Source: Vulcanimicrobiota bacterium (GTDB lineage: Bacteria; Vulcanimicrobiota; Vulcanimicrobiia; Vulcanimicrobiales; Vulcanimicrobiaceae). From it: 64,000 nucleotides of DNA. The position numbers were made by a program, and so were the translations under genes. Below are positions 1 through 9,503 of this stretch, in pieces. Position 1 is the first letter of the stretch; every line of letters starts with the position of its first letter. Under the pieces are notes generated by a model. That model worked only from the letters and a program-made list of their open reading frames with translations, was not told the origin of the DNA and ran no database searches. Location: contig CAWHWQ010000004.1 of the NCBI GenBank assembly GCA_963833095.1, positions 96,001-160,000 on the forward strand, in the 5' to 3' direction.

Positions 1-50
1 ATCGGTCCTTCGGACCGAACGACATCCTGTCTTGACATTCAGCGCCGCCT

Positions 51-106
51 TCCAGGGCGACGCACCATTTTTCCATCACCGTCCAGGTGACGCACCACTT
101 TTTTCC
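51..106 (+). repeat. Two tandem imperfect direct repeats resembling tRNA 3' ends (possible att-site relics)
   Basis: TCCAGGGCGACGCACCA-TTTTTCC at 51-74 and TCCAGGTGACGCACCA-CTTTTTTCC at 82-106. The first parses as Y60 + T-stem 3' strand (CCAGG) + 7-nt acceptor strand + A + CCA. Confidence 0.55.
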
Positions 107-1414
107 TTAGTACGCCTGGCCTTTGAGCTCGACGAAAATGCGGCCGCCGCCTTTGCCGTATGAAAGGTCGACGCGTAGCAGGTGATACATTACGCCGACA
201 CCCGTGTCGGGATGCCACGTAAAGTACGGCGACGCATTGGCGTTTGCGCTTTGACGCACGCGGCTCGCAGCCGTTTCCGTGAACACGACGAACTCCAAGG
301 GCCGATTCTTGGCATCGTTGAGCCGAAATTCTGCGACTGCGCCTTCGGCGTCGGTTCCACAAAACGATTTCGGATAGGCGCGCGCCGTCGCGCACACCAA
401 AAAGCTGTCGGGAACAACGCCGCCCGTGCGCGCCAGATTCCCGTGCACTACAAACGTCGACGACCCTACGGCAAAGTAGCGTGCAATGTCGGCCGCGAAG
501 ACGCGATACGTCGATGTCGCCCCGAGGCCGCCGATCGCATCAGTCGCCGTGAAACGATATTGAAAGCCGCAGTATGGCGGATACCACTGCGTCGCAGGGG
601 TGGTGCAGCCGTGCGAGAGCCCAGCGAGCAGCTGTGTCGTGCGCGCCGGCGCCTGATAGGTCGAATAAACCGAGGGCGCAACGATATTGGATGGCAATTC
701 ATCGGTTGTATGCGCGACGCGCACGCCGGCTTGGACCTGCGTGCCGGTAGTGCGCTGCGAAAGGAAGAGCGCCTCCTCCCCCGCAGTCCAGCTATACACG
801 TTGACCGCCTCAGGCTCACTGGCGCGGAAAACTCCGCGACCGCCAAACGCGTCAACGATGAGCGAGTTCGCGCGCCCCGTGCCGGGATTCACGGTTAGCG
901 GGTCGGTGTAGAGCACGCGCGCGAGGTTCGCGCGGCGGCTGAGTTGTGTGTACGTCGAGAAGTTGCTGCCGTGCGTATCGACCGGCGGTCCCGTCACGAT
1001 AAATCCAACGCCTTGAATTGCGGCCGACAACGGCTGATCGCCATAGAACGGATGCTCCGTTGGCTTGAGCCACTTATTCATGACGATCCAGTGAAGCCGT
1101 ACGCGTGATGGTTGCTCGCCGGTATCGACGGTTACGCGCGCAATAAACCCGCCGAGGCGCTGGAGATTATTGAAGTCGCGATTGAGCGCGCGTTGGCTCA
1201 ACTGCGAGCCGGCATGAAGCGTCAGATAGCGCCGCACCGTGACCGGCTTGACGATACCGTAGGTCTTGATCGTCACGTCTTCGATCGTTGCGCCGTCTTG
1301 AAGCGCCGACACGATTGGTAGACCCACCGGGCTTTGGGCTCTGATTTGACACGGAAAAAGAAACAGCGCCGCGAACAACGCGGCGGCACAAAGCCGGACG
1401 CCCGAATGATTCAT
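107..1414 (-). CDS. POTRA-domain outer-membrane protein (Omp85/BamA-like, short)
   Basis: Signal peptide; POTRA-like segment TIEDVTIKT...VRRYLTLHAGSQLSQRALNRDFNNLQRLGGF; amphipathic beta-strands; C-terminal aromatic residue (ELKGQAY). Confidence 0.65.
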   Translation of the reverse strand: MNHSGVRLCAAALFAALFLFPCQIRAQSPVGLPIVSALQDGATIEDVTIKTYGIVKPVTVRRYLTLHAGSQLSQRALNRDFNNLQRLGGFIARVTVDTGEQPSRVRLHWIVMNKWLKPTEHPFYGDQPLSAAIQGVGFIVTGPPVDTHGSNFSTYTQLSRRANLARVLYTDPLTVNPGTGRANSLIVDAFGGRGVFRASEPEAVNVYSWTAGEEALFLSQRTTGTQVQAGVRVAHTTDELPSNIVAPSVYSTYQAPARTTQLLAGLSHGCTTPATQWYPPYCGFQYRFTATDAIGGLGATSTYRVFAADIARYFAVGSSTFVVHGNLARTGGVVPDSFLVCATARAYPKSFCGTDAEGAVAEFRLNDAKNRPLEFVVFTETAASRVRQSANANASPYFTWHPDTGVGVMYHLLRVDLSYGKGGGRIFVELKGQAY

Positions 1415-1464
1415 AGAGTTGGGCTGCTAGCTCCGCTCCCGGACCGCCGTTCTCCTTCGCTACG

Positions 1465-2793
1465 CTAGCCGCGACACTGGGTCCAACTCGGGTCACCAAG
1501 CGGGGCAAGGTCGACCGGCGCATCGCTCGCGTTTGTCCAGTCGTGCTGCACGAAACCGCGCTGCGCGAGTCGATGCGCGAGCGTTGCGAGCCGGCTTAGC
1601 GGCACGCTGCAATCGTCACCAGAGCAGTCCGGCATATGGATAGGGCTCGTCGCAATACCGCCGGCAATCGAGCCTGCACTGCGAAACTGCGCGAGCGTTT
1701 GGTAGACAAAATGCAGGTGCACGCGGTAGTCGCCCGATGGCAAGCGATACAACTCGAAGACCAGTGCGCCTCCCGGCGGCATATCGTCGGGCACGAGGCC
1801 GCTGCCAAGCGCCCAGTGCGCGTCGAGGATGCCGCCCAGCGCACCGAGCTGGGTGTCATGACCCGAAAGGATCATCACACTCGACCGCGAGATGTCGGGG
1901 ACGCTGACGTCGGGATCCGGAATGCCGGCTTTGGCTTCGAGCGCACCGACGATGTGCGCGAAAACGTTGCTGCCTTTCACGAGCGGATTGTACGCGTTGC
2001 GCGCGTTCACGTCGTAGGCGAGCACATGCAGCCTCATGGCCTGCGCAAGTTTCGTCGGATCGATGGCGGGTGCGCACTGTGCTTGTTCAAGAAAAAGTGA
2101 CTCGGCGTAACTCGAGCCGGCGTCGAGCGGGCCCCGCAGCTCGGCGAGGCCGCCGGCCCTGGCGGTGATGTCGCTCGGGCCGGCATCGGCCGGCGTGCAC
2201 GCGCCGCCGCAGCGCGCGTCCAGCAACGATTGCACTGCCGCGAATTGGTCGGCGTGCTCCGCTACGATCGCCGACGGTGGATTGGGAGCCGCGGCGGCGA
2301 CTGCCGCGCGTGAAGCAGCGGTGTCGACGTTTCCGGCCGGGATGAGCCAGTCGGCGCCATCGAACAGCGGATCGTTGATGCCCGCACCCATCGTCGCCTT
2401 GTGATAGAGAGGCAACGCGTTCGGGGAGCCGCAGGCGCCATCTATTAGCGCACGGCCTGTTTCGAGCGTTCGCTGATCGACATCAGCGTAGACGTAGGTG
2501 CCGCGCGAGCCGCAGCCCATCGATAGCCCAATCGACGAAAAATATGAGCGGTAGTACCGGCCAAGCTGCATCACGAGCCTGTAGCCGTGTTCACTTAGGT
2601 ACCCTGGCGCAACCGGCGACCAGTCGGGCCAGGTATATTGCGCCGGGGTTTTGGTAAAGCTCCGCACACCGTGGCGCGTCATCACTACGGCAAAAACCGG
2701 AGTGCCGCGTTCGTTCGCCGCAGGTGTCGCAGCGCTCGCGGCCACGAGTAGCAGCGCGGCCAAGATCGTCGCTCGTATGATCACGTGGTCCAT
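1465..2793 (-). CDS. Secreted histidine acid phosphatase/phytase (AppA/Agp family)
   Basis: Signal peptide; RHGVRS catalytic motif, DVDQRT, GHDT (HD motif), MPPGGALVFELY. Confidence 0.9.
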   Translation of the reverse strand: MDHVIIRATILAALLLVAASAATPAANERGTPVFAVVMTRHGVRSFTKTPAQYTWPDWSPVAPGYLSEHGYRLVMQLGRYYRSYFSSIGLSMGCGSRGTYVYADVDQRTLETGRALIDGACGSPNALPLYHKATMGAGINDPLFDGADWLIPAGNVDTAASRAAVAAAAPNPPSAIVAEHADQFAAVQSLLDARCGGACTPADAGPSDITARAGGLAELRGPLDAGSSYAESLFLEQAQCAPAIDPTKLAQAMRLHVLAYDVNARNAYNPLVKGSNVFAHIVGALEAKAGIPDPDVSVPDISRSSVMILSGHDTQLGALGGILDAHWALGSGLVPDDMPPGGALVFELYRLPSGDYRVHLHFVYQTLAQFRSAGSIAGGIATSPIHMPDCSGDDCSVPLSRLATLAHRLAQRGFVQHDWTNASDAPVDLAPLGDPSWTQCRG

Positions 2794-2921
2794 TCAAACA
2801 GGCCGCCATGACAAGCAGATGAACTCACGCTGCACCTTCTTCATACTCCGTTAATGTGCGGCATGACGCAGCAACTTGAGTGCGAAGAGTCGTGTATACC
2901 TATCTGTCGGGAGGGTCGTTT

Positions 2922-4619
2922 GTGAAGCGCTTCCTCGTTGCGTGTTGCACCTGTCTTGCACTTCTAGCATCATCCGTACCGTCGCCAGCGCAAGTTTTGC
3001 CGGCTGCGCCGCAGGTCGATCCGGCGCTGCTGGCGCTCGTGCGTTCGAAGGTCAAGCACGTCTTCGTGATCTATCAGGAGAACCGATCGTTCGATTCATA
3101 TTTTGGCTCTTTTCCCGGCGCCGATAATCTTTCAACGACCTTTGCGCAAACGCAAGGCTTTCGCCAATACGACCCGCTCGGCAATCAGTGGGTGACGCCG
3201 TTTCGCATAACTAGCCCGGATACCGCAGACGCCGATCATTCGCGGCCGGCGCTAATCACCAAGAGCGACGGCGGCCGCATGGATCTCTTCGTAAGCACCG
3301 AGGAGTTCGCTCTGCTGGCCAAGGGCTATTCGCGCGAAGACGCGCAACGTGTCGGCCTACTCACGATGGCCTTCGAAGACTGCGACACGATCCCATACCT
3401 CTGGATGTACGCTCGCAACTTCACCCTCTTCGATCACTTTTTCCAGGCAATGTACGGACCGTCAACGCCGGGCAACATCGATCTGATCGCGGCACAAACC
3501 GGCCAGTCGCAGTGGGCGCGCCACGGCGACGAACAGGTTGCATCCAACTCCGTCGGCCCGGGCGTTCCGGTGGTCAACGATACGGCCCCCAGCTTTGGGC
3601 CCTATGGCAACGGCGCTAATCCGCTCCCTGGAACGGCGCAAGACGATCTCGGTTTCGCTACGTTAATGCTCTCGCTCTCGGGCAAAGAGGCGATTAATGC
3701 CAAACGCGACGACGACGACATCAAGGACGACGTTGCGGATCTTGCACGGCAGGGCCACGAAGCGGTGCCCTGGGGCTGGTACCAAGAGGGCTTCGCCTTC
3801 AAAAAAGGCGCAACGAACAATCCGGCCTATATCACTCATCACAATGCCGTGCAATACTTCGGCTATCTGCGCCAGAATGCGTACTATTGGAACGGCGTGC
3901 ACGACGTCAAGGAGTTGATCCCGCGCATCGAGCAGGGAACGCTCGGCGATCGCGGCGTGGTCTTTGTCAAAGGCGGCTACATCGATCCATTCGGATTCAA
4001 ACCGGCTGATCCCAATCCGTACGTCCAAACCTATTTCAACGGTGATGACGATCACCCGGGCTACTCGGACTCGCAGATCTCGCAAGCATTTGTCGCCGAA
4101 TTCGTCAATGCGATTGCCAAGAGCAAATACTGGAAAGACTCGATCATCCTCATCACGTGGGACGATTCCGAGGGCTTCTACGACCATTCGGCGCCGCCCA
4201 ATTTTGAGCGCTGTCCCGACGGACACCCCTGCGGCGATGGGCCGCGCGTGCCGGCCATCATCATTTCGCCGTTCGCGCGCGATCATGCGATCGACCGCGA
4301 TCTTTCGGATCACACGTCGTTTGCCAAGATGATCAGCAAGATCTTCAATACGCCCGCATTGGCGACACTTCCGGACGAAGCGCCGTATCTGCCCGAAGGA
4401 CCACGTGACACCAATCCGGCGCTCTCGGATCTACTCTCCGCGCTCGATCCCGAGCGACTCTCCGGCACCAAAGAACCGATCCCCGCGAGCGCCGCGATCG
4501 TTGATGACATCGGCGTTCCGCCCAAGATGTCGTGTTCAACGCTGGGGATTCGACCGGACGTCGTTCCCGGCGCCGATAAAGTCCCCGCCGGGTTCGCGCC
4601 CTTGACGTTAGAGCACTAG
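2922..4619 (+). CDS. Secreted phosphoesterase (AcpA acid phosphatase/phospholipase C family)
   Basis: KVKHVFVIYQENRSFDSYFG, GPSTPGN nucleophile region, DDDHPG, TWDDSEGFYDH, GPRVP. Likely start is GTG 2922 after GGAGG. Confidence 0.9.
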   Translation: MKRFLVACCTCLALLASSVPSPAQVLPAAPQVDPALLALVRSKVKHVFVIYQENRSFDSYFGSFPGADNLSTTFAQTQGFRQYDPLGNQWVTPFRITSPDTADADHSRPALITKSDGGRMDLFVSTEEFALLAKGYSREDAQRVGLLTMAFEDCDTIPYLWMYARNFTLFDHFFQAMYGPSTPGNIDLIAAQTGQSQWARHGDEQVASNSVGPGVPVVNDTAPSFGPYGNGANPLPGTAQDDLGFATLMLSLSGKEAINAKRDDDDIKDDVADLARQGHEAVPWGWYQEGFAFKKGATNNPAYITHHNAVQYFGYLRQNAYYWNGVHDVKELIPRIEQGTLGDRGVVFVKGGYIDPFGFKPADPNPYVQTYFNGDDDHPGYSDSQISQAFVAEFVNAIAKSKYWKDSIILITWDDSEGFYDHSAPPNFERCPDGHPCGDGPRVPAIIISPFARDHAIDRDLSDHTSFAKMISKIFNTPALATLPDEAPYLPEGPRDTNPALSDLLSALDPERLSGTKEPIPASAAIVDDIGVPPKMSCSTLGIRPDVVPGADKVPAGFAPLTLEH

Positions 4620-5479
4620 CGCTGGCGGTTGCCGCCGAGTTTGTACTCCACGTAACTGCGCGCGAGCAGGTTCGTGAGGAAGACGAAGATCATCAGCAGC
4701 GCAGCGGCTGCGTACGCAAGTTGATGCGACTCTTCGAACGGCTGGCTGATGTACGTCCACACGACGTACGTCAGGTAGCCGACCGGCGAGTGCGTCAGCG
4801 CAAGCGTCGGGGCATAGTTCGACCACCCCGCGGTGTAGATCAACGGCGCGGTTTCACCCAGGCCGATGCCGGTTGCTACCAGCACACCGGTGAGGATGCC
4901 GGGAAGCGCATACGGGAAGTTGATCGACGACACGACCATGGCCGGGCGCGCGCCGAGCGCTACCGCACCCTCTTTTAATTCGCGCGGCACATTGGTAAGC
5001 GCAACGTCGGCGGCTCGCACCACGTACGGCAACATGAAGATCCCAAGCGCCAGTGAGCCCGCGACCAGCGAAAATCCCCATCCCGCTTCTTCGACCAGCG
5101 CGACGTAGAGAAAATAGCCGACGACGATCGACGGAATACCGGCCAGCACGTCGACCATGAAGCGGATGACTTTCTTGGCCCATTGCGGTGCGAATTCGAC
5201 GGTCCAAATCGCCGTTCCGAGGCCGACAACGATCACCATTATCAGGCCAAGCGCCACGAGCATGAACGTGCCTTCAATGGCGTTCGAGAGGCCGCCCGCG
5301 ATGCCGTGGGTCGGCGTGAAGAGGAGTTGCGGCTTGAGCGCGGGCAAACCGCGCGCCATCACAAAGGCGAAGATCGCAAAAAGCACGCCGATTACTGCAA
5401 CCAAACATGCAACCGAGAGCGACCACCATGCACGGCTGGCGTAGGTCTTCGGCGAGAGCCCGCCAGTTAGTGTAGCCAT
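4616..5479 (-). CDS. pstA: Phosphate ABC transporter permease PstA
   Basis: LAGIPSIVVG, ELKEGAVALGA (EAA loop), GETAPL; operon with pstC and pstS. Confidence 0.93.
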   Translation of the reverse strand: MATLTGGLSPKTYASRAWWSLSVACLVAVIGVLFAIFAFVMARGLPALKPQLLFTPTHGIAGGLSNAIEGTFMLVALGLIMVIVVGLGTAIWTVEFAPQWAKKVIRFMVDVLAGIPSIVVGYFLYVALVEEAGWGFSLVAGSLALGIFMLPYVVRAADVALTNVPRELKEGAVALGARPAMVVSSINFPYALPGILTGVLVATGIGLGETAPLIYTAGWSNYAPTLALTHSPVGYLTYVVWTYISQPFEESHQLAYAAAALLMIFVFLTNLLARSYVEYKLGGNRQR

Positions 5480-6522
5480 TACTGATGCGCTCCTTCGCGA
5501 CGATCCGCACCACGCATGATGCTGCGCGCGATGATGTTGACCAGTAGCGTGATAATGAACAGCACGCAGGCGAGTTCCGCGAGCGAGCGCTGCGCCATAC
5601 CGGTGGAATCGGTTAACGCCGACTCGAGCTGCGAGACGATTACGGCAGCGATCGTATTCACCGGCGAGAAGAAATTCTGCGGGAACGTGTTTATGGCGGC
5701 ACCGCAGACCATCAACACGGCGATCGTTTCTCCGAGTGCTCTACCGAACGAAAGCAGGATCGACGCAACGATACCGGCGCGCACACTTGGCAGTACCGCG
5801 CGAACCATAGCCTGCCAACTCGTGCTGCCCAGCGCCATGCTCGCTTCGAAGAGCGAGTTCGATTGCGCCAAAATCACGTCACGCGTCGTCGCGACCATAA
5901 TCGGAATCACCATCAACGAAAGGATGAAGACCGCGGCGGCCAGGCCATTTCCGCTGCCCGCCGATCCGCCTAAGAATGGAATAAACCCAAGATGCGCCGT
6001 TACCCACGGCGCCAGCGATCCCCCGATCCATGGCACGAGCACCACCAGCCCCCACAGGCCATACACGACCGACGGAACACCGGCCATCAACTCAACTAGT
6101 GCGTTGGCTAGCGGCCGGAGCTGGCGCGGCACGCGATAGACCAACGAGAGCGCGACCATCATCGAAAGCGGCACGGCGAAAACCATGGTGAGCAACGCGG
6201 TGACGGTCGAACCATAGATGAAGACCAGTGCGCCAAACGACGCGCCTGGTGGTCCCGAGAAGCCGTTGCGTGTGGTGACGCCGTTGCCGTATTGGTTGCC
6301 GATGTTCCAGATTTGGCTTGTAAGGAATTCGAAGCCGTTGAAGCGGATCGCCGGATAAGCATAGGCGATCAAAAAGAACAGCATCAAAAAGATAATCAGG
6401 AAACTGATCAGCGCGCCGATGCCGGTGATCACGCGCAAAAATGCCTGGGCGCCCAATCGTTGCAAGAGCGCGGGGGATACCGCTTTCGCGGTATCCCCAA
6501 TATGTAGGTCCATCGCAGCCAT
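5479..6522 (-). CDS. pstC: Phosphate ABC transporter permease PstC
   Basis: ELMAGVPSVVYGLWG, EASMALGST, GRALGETIAV. Confidence 0.93.
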   Translation of the reverse strand: MAAMDLHIGDTAKAVSPALLQRLGAQAFLRVITGIGALISFLIIFLMLFFLIAYAYPAIRFNGFEFLTSQIWNIGNQYGNGVTTRNGFSGPPGASFGALVFIYGSTVTALLTMVFAVPLSMMVALSLVYRVPRQLRPLANALVELMAGVPSVVYGLWGLVVLVPWIGGSLAPWVTAHLGFIPFLGGSAGSGNGLAAAVFILSLMVIPIMVATTRDVILAQSNSLFEASMALGSTSWQAMVRAVLPSVRAGIVASILLSFGRALGETIAVLMVCGAAINTFPQNFFSPVNTIAAVIVSQLESALTDSTGMAQRSLAELACVLFIITLLVNIIARSIMRGADRREGAHQ

Positions 6523-6528
6523 GAAAGG

Positions 6529-7572
6529 CTATTGGATCTTTGCTATTTGCGCCCGGCTGAGCTTCTGGATGGATGCGGGCAGCGGGAGGAAGTGCACGGC
6601 ACCTAGGAATTTGCTGCTCTGACCCTCACTCAGTGACCAATCGAGGAATTTCTTCAGCTCGGCGGCCTTTGCCGGATCGCCTTGCTTCGGATTGACGATC
6701 GCGTATTCGTAGTTGATGATGGGGTACGAATTTTCGCCCGGCGCGAAGATGAGCGAGATCCGCTCGTCCGGCGGCGTCGCTTTGTCCGTTGCAGCGGCTG
6801 CTGCGCCGATGTTCGACTCGGTCGGAAGAACGAACTTGCCGGCTTGGTTCTGGAGGGCGGCGTAGCCCAGCCCGGCCTTCTCTGTTTGGTTGAGGAAGCT
6901 CACGCCGATGTACGCAATCGAACCGGCTGTATTCTGGCAGGTTTGCACCATGCCCGGATTGCCGGTCGCGCCGACCCCGGTCGCAACCGCCGGCCAGCTG
7001 ATCGTGGTGCCGTATCCGGGGCCGCTTGCCCACGACGGCGTTGACTTGCTCAGATATTGCGTGAAGATGAACGTGTCGCCCGAGCCGTCAGCGCGGTGGA
7101 TCGGCACGATCTGCGTGTGCGGAAGCTTCGCGCTCTTATTGGCTTCCTTGATCTTCGCGTCATCCCAGTACTGAATTTGCCCCGAATAGATCGCGGCGAG
7201 CACCGGACCCGAGAGGTTCAAGTGAACGTTGTTCAAGCCCGGAATATTGTAGTTGATCTGTTGCGCAGAAATTGCGAGCGGAATGTTGAGCATCGGGCTA
7301 TTTTTGATTTGGGCATCGGCCATGTAGGCATCCGATGCGCCGATTTGTGCAACGCCCGAGATCGCTTGCGAAATGCCGGTGCCGCTACCGGTGCCCTGCG
7401 TCGTGATCTGCACGTCGCTGTGGGCTTGTTGATAGGCGGCGACCCAAAGATTCATCAACGGATAGACCAGTGTCGAACCCGTCTCCAGCAAGTCCGTTGC
7501 CGCGAGCGCGCGCCCGCCGACGGACACGAGCAATAACGCCCCGAGAGCCAGCGCCAAGGTCTTACGCATCAA
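6529..7572 (-). CDS. pstS: Phosphate ABC transporter substrate-binding protein PstS
   Basis: ETGSTLVYP, GTGSGTG, GASDAYM, HRADGSGDTFIFT, YPIINYEY. Confidence 0.95.
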   Translation of the reverse strand: MMRKTLALALGALLLVSVGGRALAATDLLETGSTLVYPLMNLWVAAYQQAHSDVQITTQGTGSGTGISQAISGVAQIGASDAYMADAQIKNSPMLNIPLAISAQQINYNIPGLNNVHLNLSGPVLAAIYSGQIQYWDDAKIKEANKSAKLPHTQIVPIHRADGSGDTFIFTQYLSKSTPSWASGPGYGTTISWPAVATGVGATGNPGMVQTCQNTAGSIAYIGVSFLNQTEKAGLGYAALQNQAGKFVLPTESNIGAAAAATDKATPPDERISLIFAPGENSYPIINYEYAIVNPKQGDPAKAAELKKFLDWSLSEGQSSKFLGAVHFLPLPASIQKLSRAQIAKIQ

Positions 7573-7649
7573 GAAAAACTCCTAGAAAGCACGTGGGAGT
7601 AGTCAAGCAGTGATAAAACCGCTCTAACACTTGGTATCGTGAAGCGCGC

Positions 7650-7693
7650 AAACTAAAGTGGCCTTAAAGCCGCCTTATCGGTGCCTTAAGCTT
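7650..7693 (-). promoter_or_regulatory. Putative Pho box: 11-bp-periodic direct repeats upstream of pstS
   Basis: On +: AAACTAAAGTG GCCTTAAAGCC GCCTTATCGGT GCCTTAAGCTT, with GCCTTA at 7661, 7672 and 7683. An 11-bp period is typical of PhoB/PhoP-family sites. Confidence 0.65.
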
Positions 7694-7772
7694 CCTATCT
7701 GTGGACAGCGACCCGCAGTTCGACTGGACCGTCTAAGGAGCGTCGCGAGCCCTTGACGAAACGGCCCCCGGT

Positions 7773-9503
7773 ATGCCCGATGCCCATATCCACGAGACTT
7801 CGCTGCCCGCGCTGCGCCATACGGCCGCTCACGTCCTCGCCTACGCTGTCCAAGAACTCTTCCCTGAGGCTAAACCAACCATCGGCCCGGCGATTGAGAA
7901 CGGGTTCTATTATGACTTTGATCGCAGTCAACCGTTCACGCCCGACGACCTTGCTAAATTAGAAGAGCGCATGCGCGCCATCATCGCGGCCGACTTGGAG
8001 ATGACCGGCCAAACCGTCACGCGCGATCAGGCTATCGAGCGCTTCGCCGGCAACCCGTACAAGGTCGAACTGGCCGAAGCGATTCCGCAAGGAGAGCCGA
8101 TCACGCTGTACACAATCGGCGACTTTACCGATCTCTGTCGCGGCGGGCATGCCGAACGCACCGGCGAGATCGGCGCGGTAAAGTTGACGAGCGTCGCCGG
8201 CGCATACTGGCGCGGTGACGAGAACAATCCCATGCTCCAGCGCATCTACGGAACGGCGTGGCACAGCGCGCAAGAACTCGACGCGTACCTTGCGCAAATT
8301 GAGGAGGCGCAGAAACGAGACCATCGCAAGCTCGGAGTTGAGCTGGATCTCTTTTCTATAGAGGAAGACGCGGGCGGCGGGTTGGTCTTTTGGCACCCTA
8401 AAGGCGCGATCGTGCGCGGGATCATCGAGGAGTTCATTCGCACCGGCCTTCGCGAACGCGGGTACCAACCCGTCGTCACGCCGCATATCGTCAGCGAGAA
8501 GCTCTATGAGATCTCCGGGCATCTCGAAAATTACGCGCACGGCATGTTCGGTCCGCTCGAGGTCGAGGAACAGCGCTTCCGTCTCAAACCGATGAACTGC
8601 CCGGGCCACATCCTTATCTATCGCGGCCAGCCGCACAGCTATCGCGAATTGCCGATCCGGTATTCCGAGTTCGGCACGGTCTATCGCTTCGAGCGCTCGG
8701 GCGTTTTGCACGGGCTCACGCGCGTGCGCGGCTTTACGCAAGATGACGCCCACCTTTTCTGTACGCCCGAACAGTTGCAGGGCGAATTCGAGCAAACCCT
8801 CGATGAAGCGTTGCGCTTGATGAAAGCGTTCGGCTTCTCGGACTTCGAATATTTTCTTTCGACGCGCGAAGAGCATCTGCGCCTCGATACCGATGCGGTT
8901 GCCGAAGAGGCGATTCGGCGTGCGCTCGAACGCTACGAGTTGCCGTATCAAATCGACGAAGGCGGGGGCGCATTCTACGGACCCAAACTCGACATCAACG
9001 TGCGTGATGCTATTGGACGAAAGTGGCAACTCGGCACGGTGCAAGTCGACTTCGTGTTGCCGGAGCGTTTCGATTTGAAGTATCGCGGCAGCGACGGCTT
9101 CGATCATCGTCCGGTGATGATCCATCGCGCCCTTGCGGGTTCGCTCGAACGGTTCTTCGGCATCCTCATCGAACACTTTGGCGGCGCCTTCCCAGCTTGG
9201 CTTGCGCCCGTGCAAGCGGTCCTTGCGCCGATCTCCGAACACCAACTTCTCTACGCGCGCGAAGTCGCCGCGCGGCTCGAGGGCATGGGATTCCGAATCG
9301 CCGTCGATGAGAGCAACGAAAAGCTCGGTTACAAGATCCGCCATTGGAAAACTCAGAAAGTCCCGTACATTCTCGTGGTAGGAAAGCAAGAGACCGCGGA
9401 CGGGACGGTCAATGTCAACGAACGTAGTATTGAAGAGAAACGTACGATCTCAGTCAGTGAATTTGCCGACGAGCTGCGGCGAAAGGTCGAAACCAGAGCA
9501 TGA
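7773..9503 (+). CDS. thrS: Threonine--tRNA ligase (no N-terminal TGS domain)
   Basis: HTAAHVLA and DLCRGGH editing motifs, RDHRKLG, KPMNCPGH, RVRGFTQDDAH, GAFYGPK, MIHRALAGSLERF. Confidence 0.97.
   Translation: MPDAHIHETSLPALRHTAAHVLAYAVQELFPEAKPTIGPAIENGFYYDFDRSQPFTPDDLAKLEERMRAIIAADLEMTGQTVTRDQAIERFAGNPYKVELAEAIPQGEPITLYTIGDFTDLCRGGHAERTGEIGAVKLTSVAGAYWRGDENNPMLQRIYGTAWHSAQELDAYLAQIEEAQKRDHRKLGVELDLFSIEEDAGGGLVFWHPKGAIVRGIIEEFIRTGLRERGYQPVVTPHIVSEKLYEISGHLENYAHGMFGPLEVEEQRFRLKPMNCPGHILIYRGQPHSYRELPIRYSEFGTVYRFERSGVLHGLTRVRGFTQDDAHLFCTPEQLQGEFEQTLDEALRLMKAFGFSDFEYFLSTREEHLRLDTDAVAEEAIRRALERYELPYQIDEGGGAFYGPKLDINVRDAIGRKWQLGTVQVDFVLPERFDLKYRGSDGFDHRPVMIHRALAGSLERFFGILIEHFGGAFPAWLAPVQAVLAPISEHQLLYAREVAARLEGMGFRIAVDESNEKLGYKIRHWKTQKVPYILVVGKQETADGTVNVNERSIEEKRTISVSEFADELRRKVETRA

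Noticed and set aside
2794..2880. Second Pho box between the two phosphatases
   Set aside because: TGCAC/TTCAT/TTAAT spacing is irregular and does not match the pstS-upstream motif.
7695..7772. T-box or other leader RNA before thrS
   Set aside because: The region is too short, with no T-box consensus or terminator.
7959..9389. Long antisense ORF opposite thrS, and similar shadow ORFs elsewhere
   Set aside because: Typical high-GC antisense open frames with no protein-like signature.
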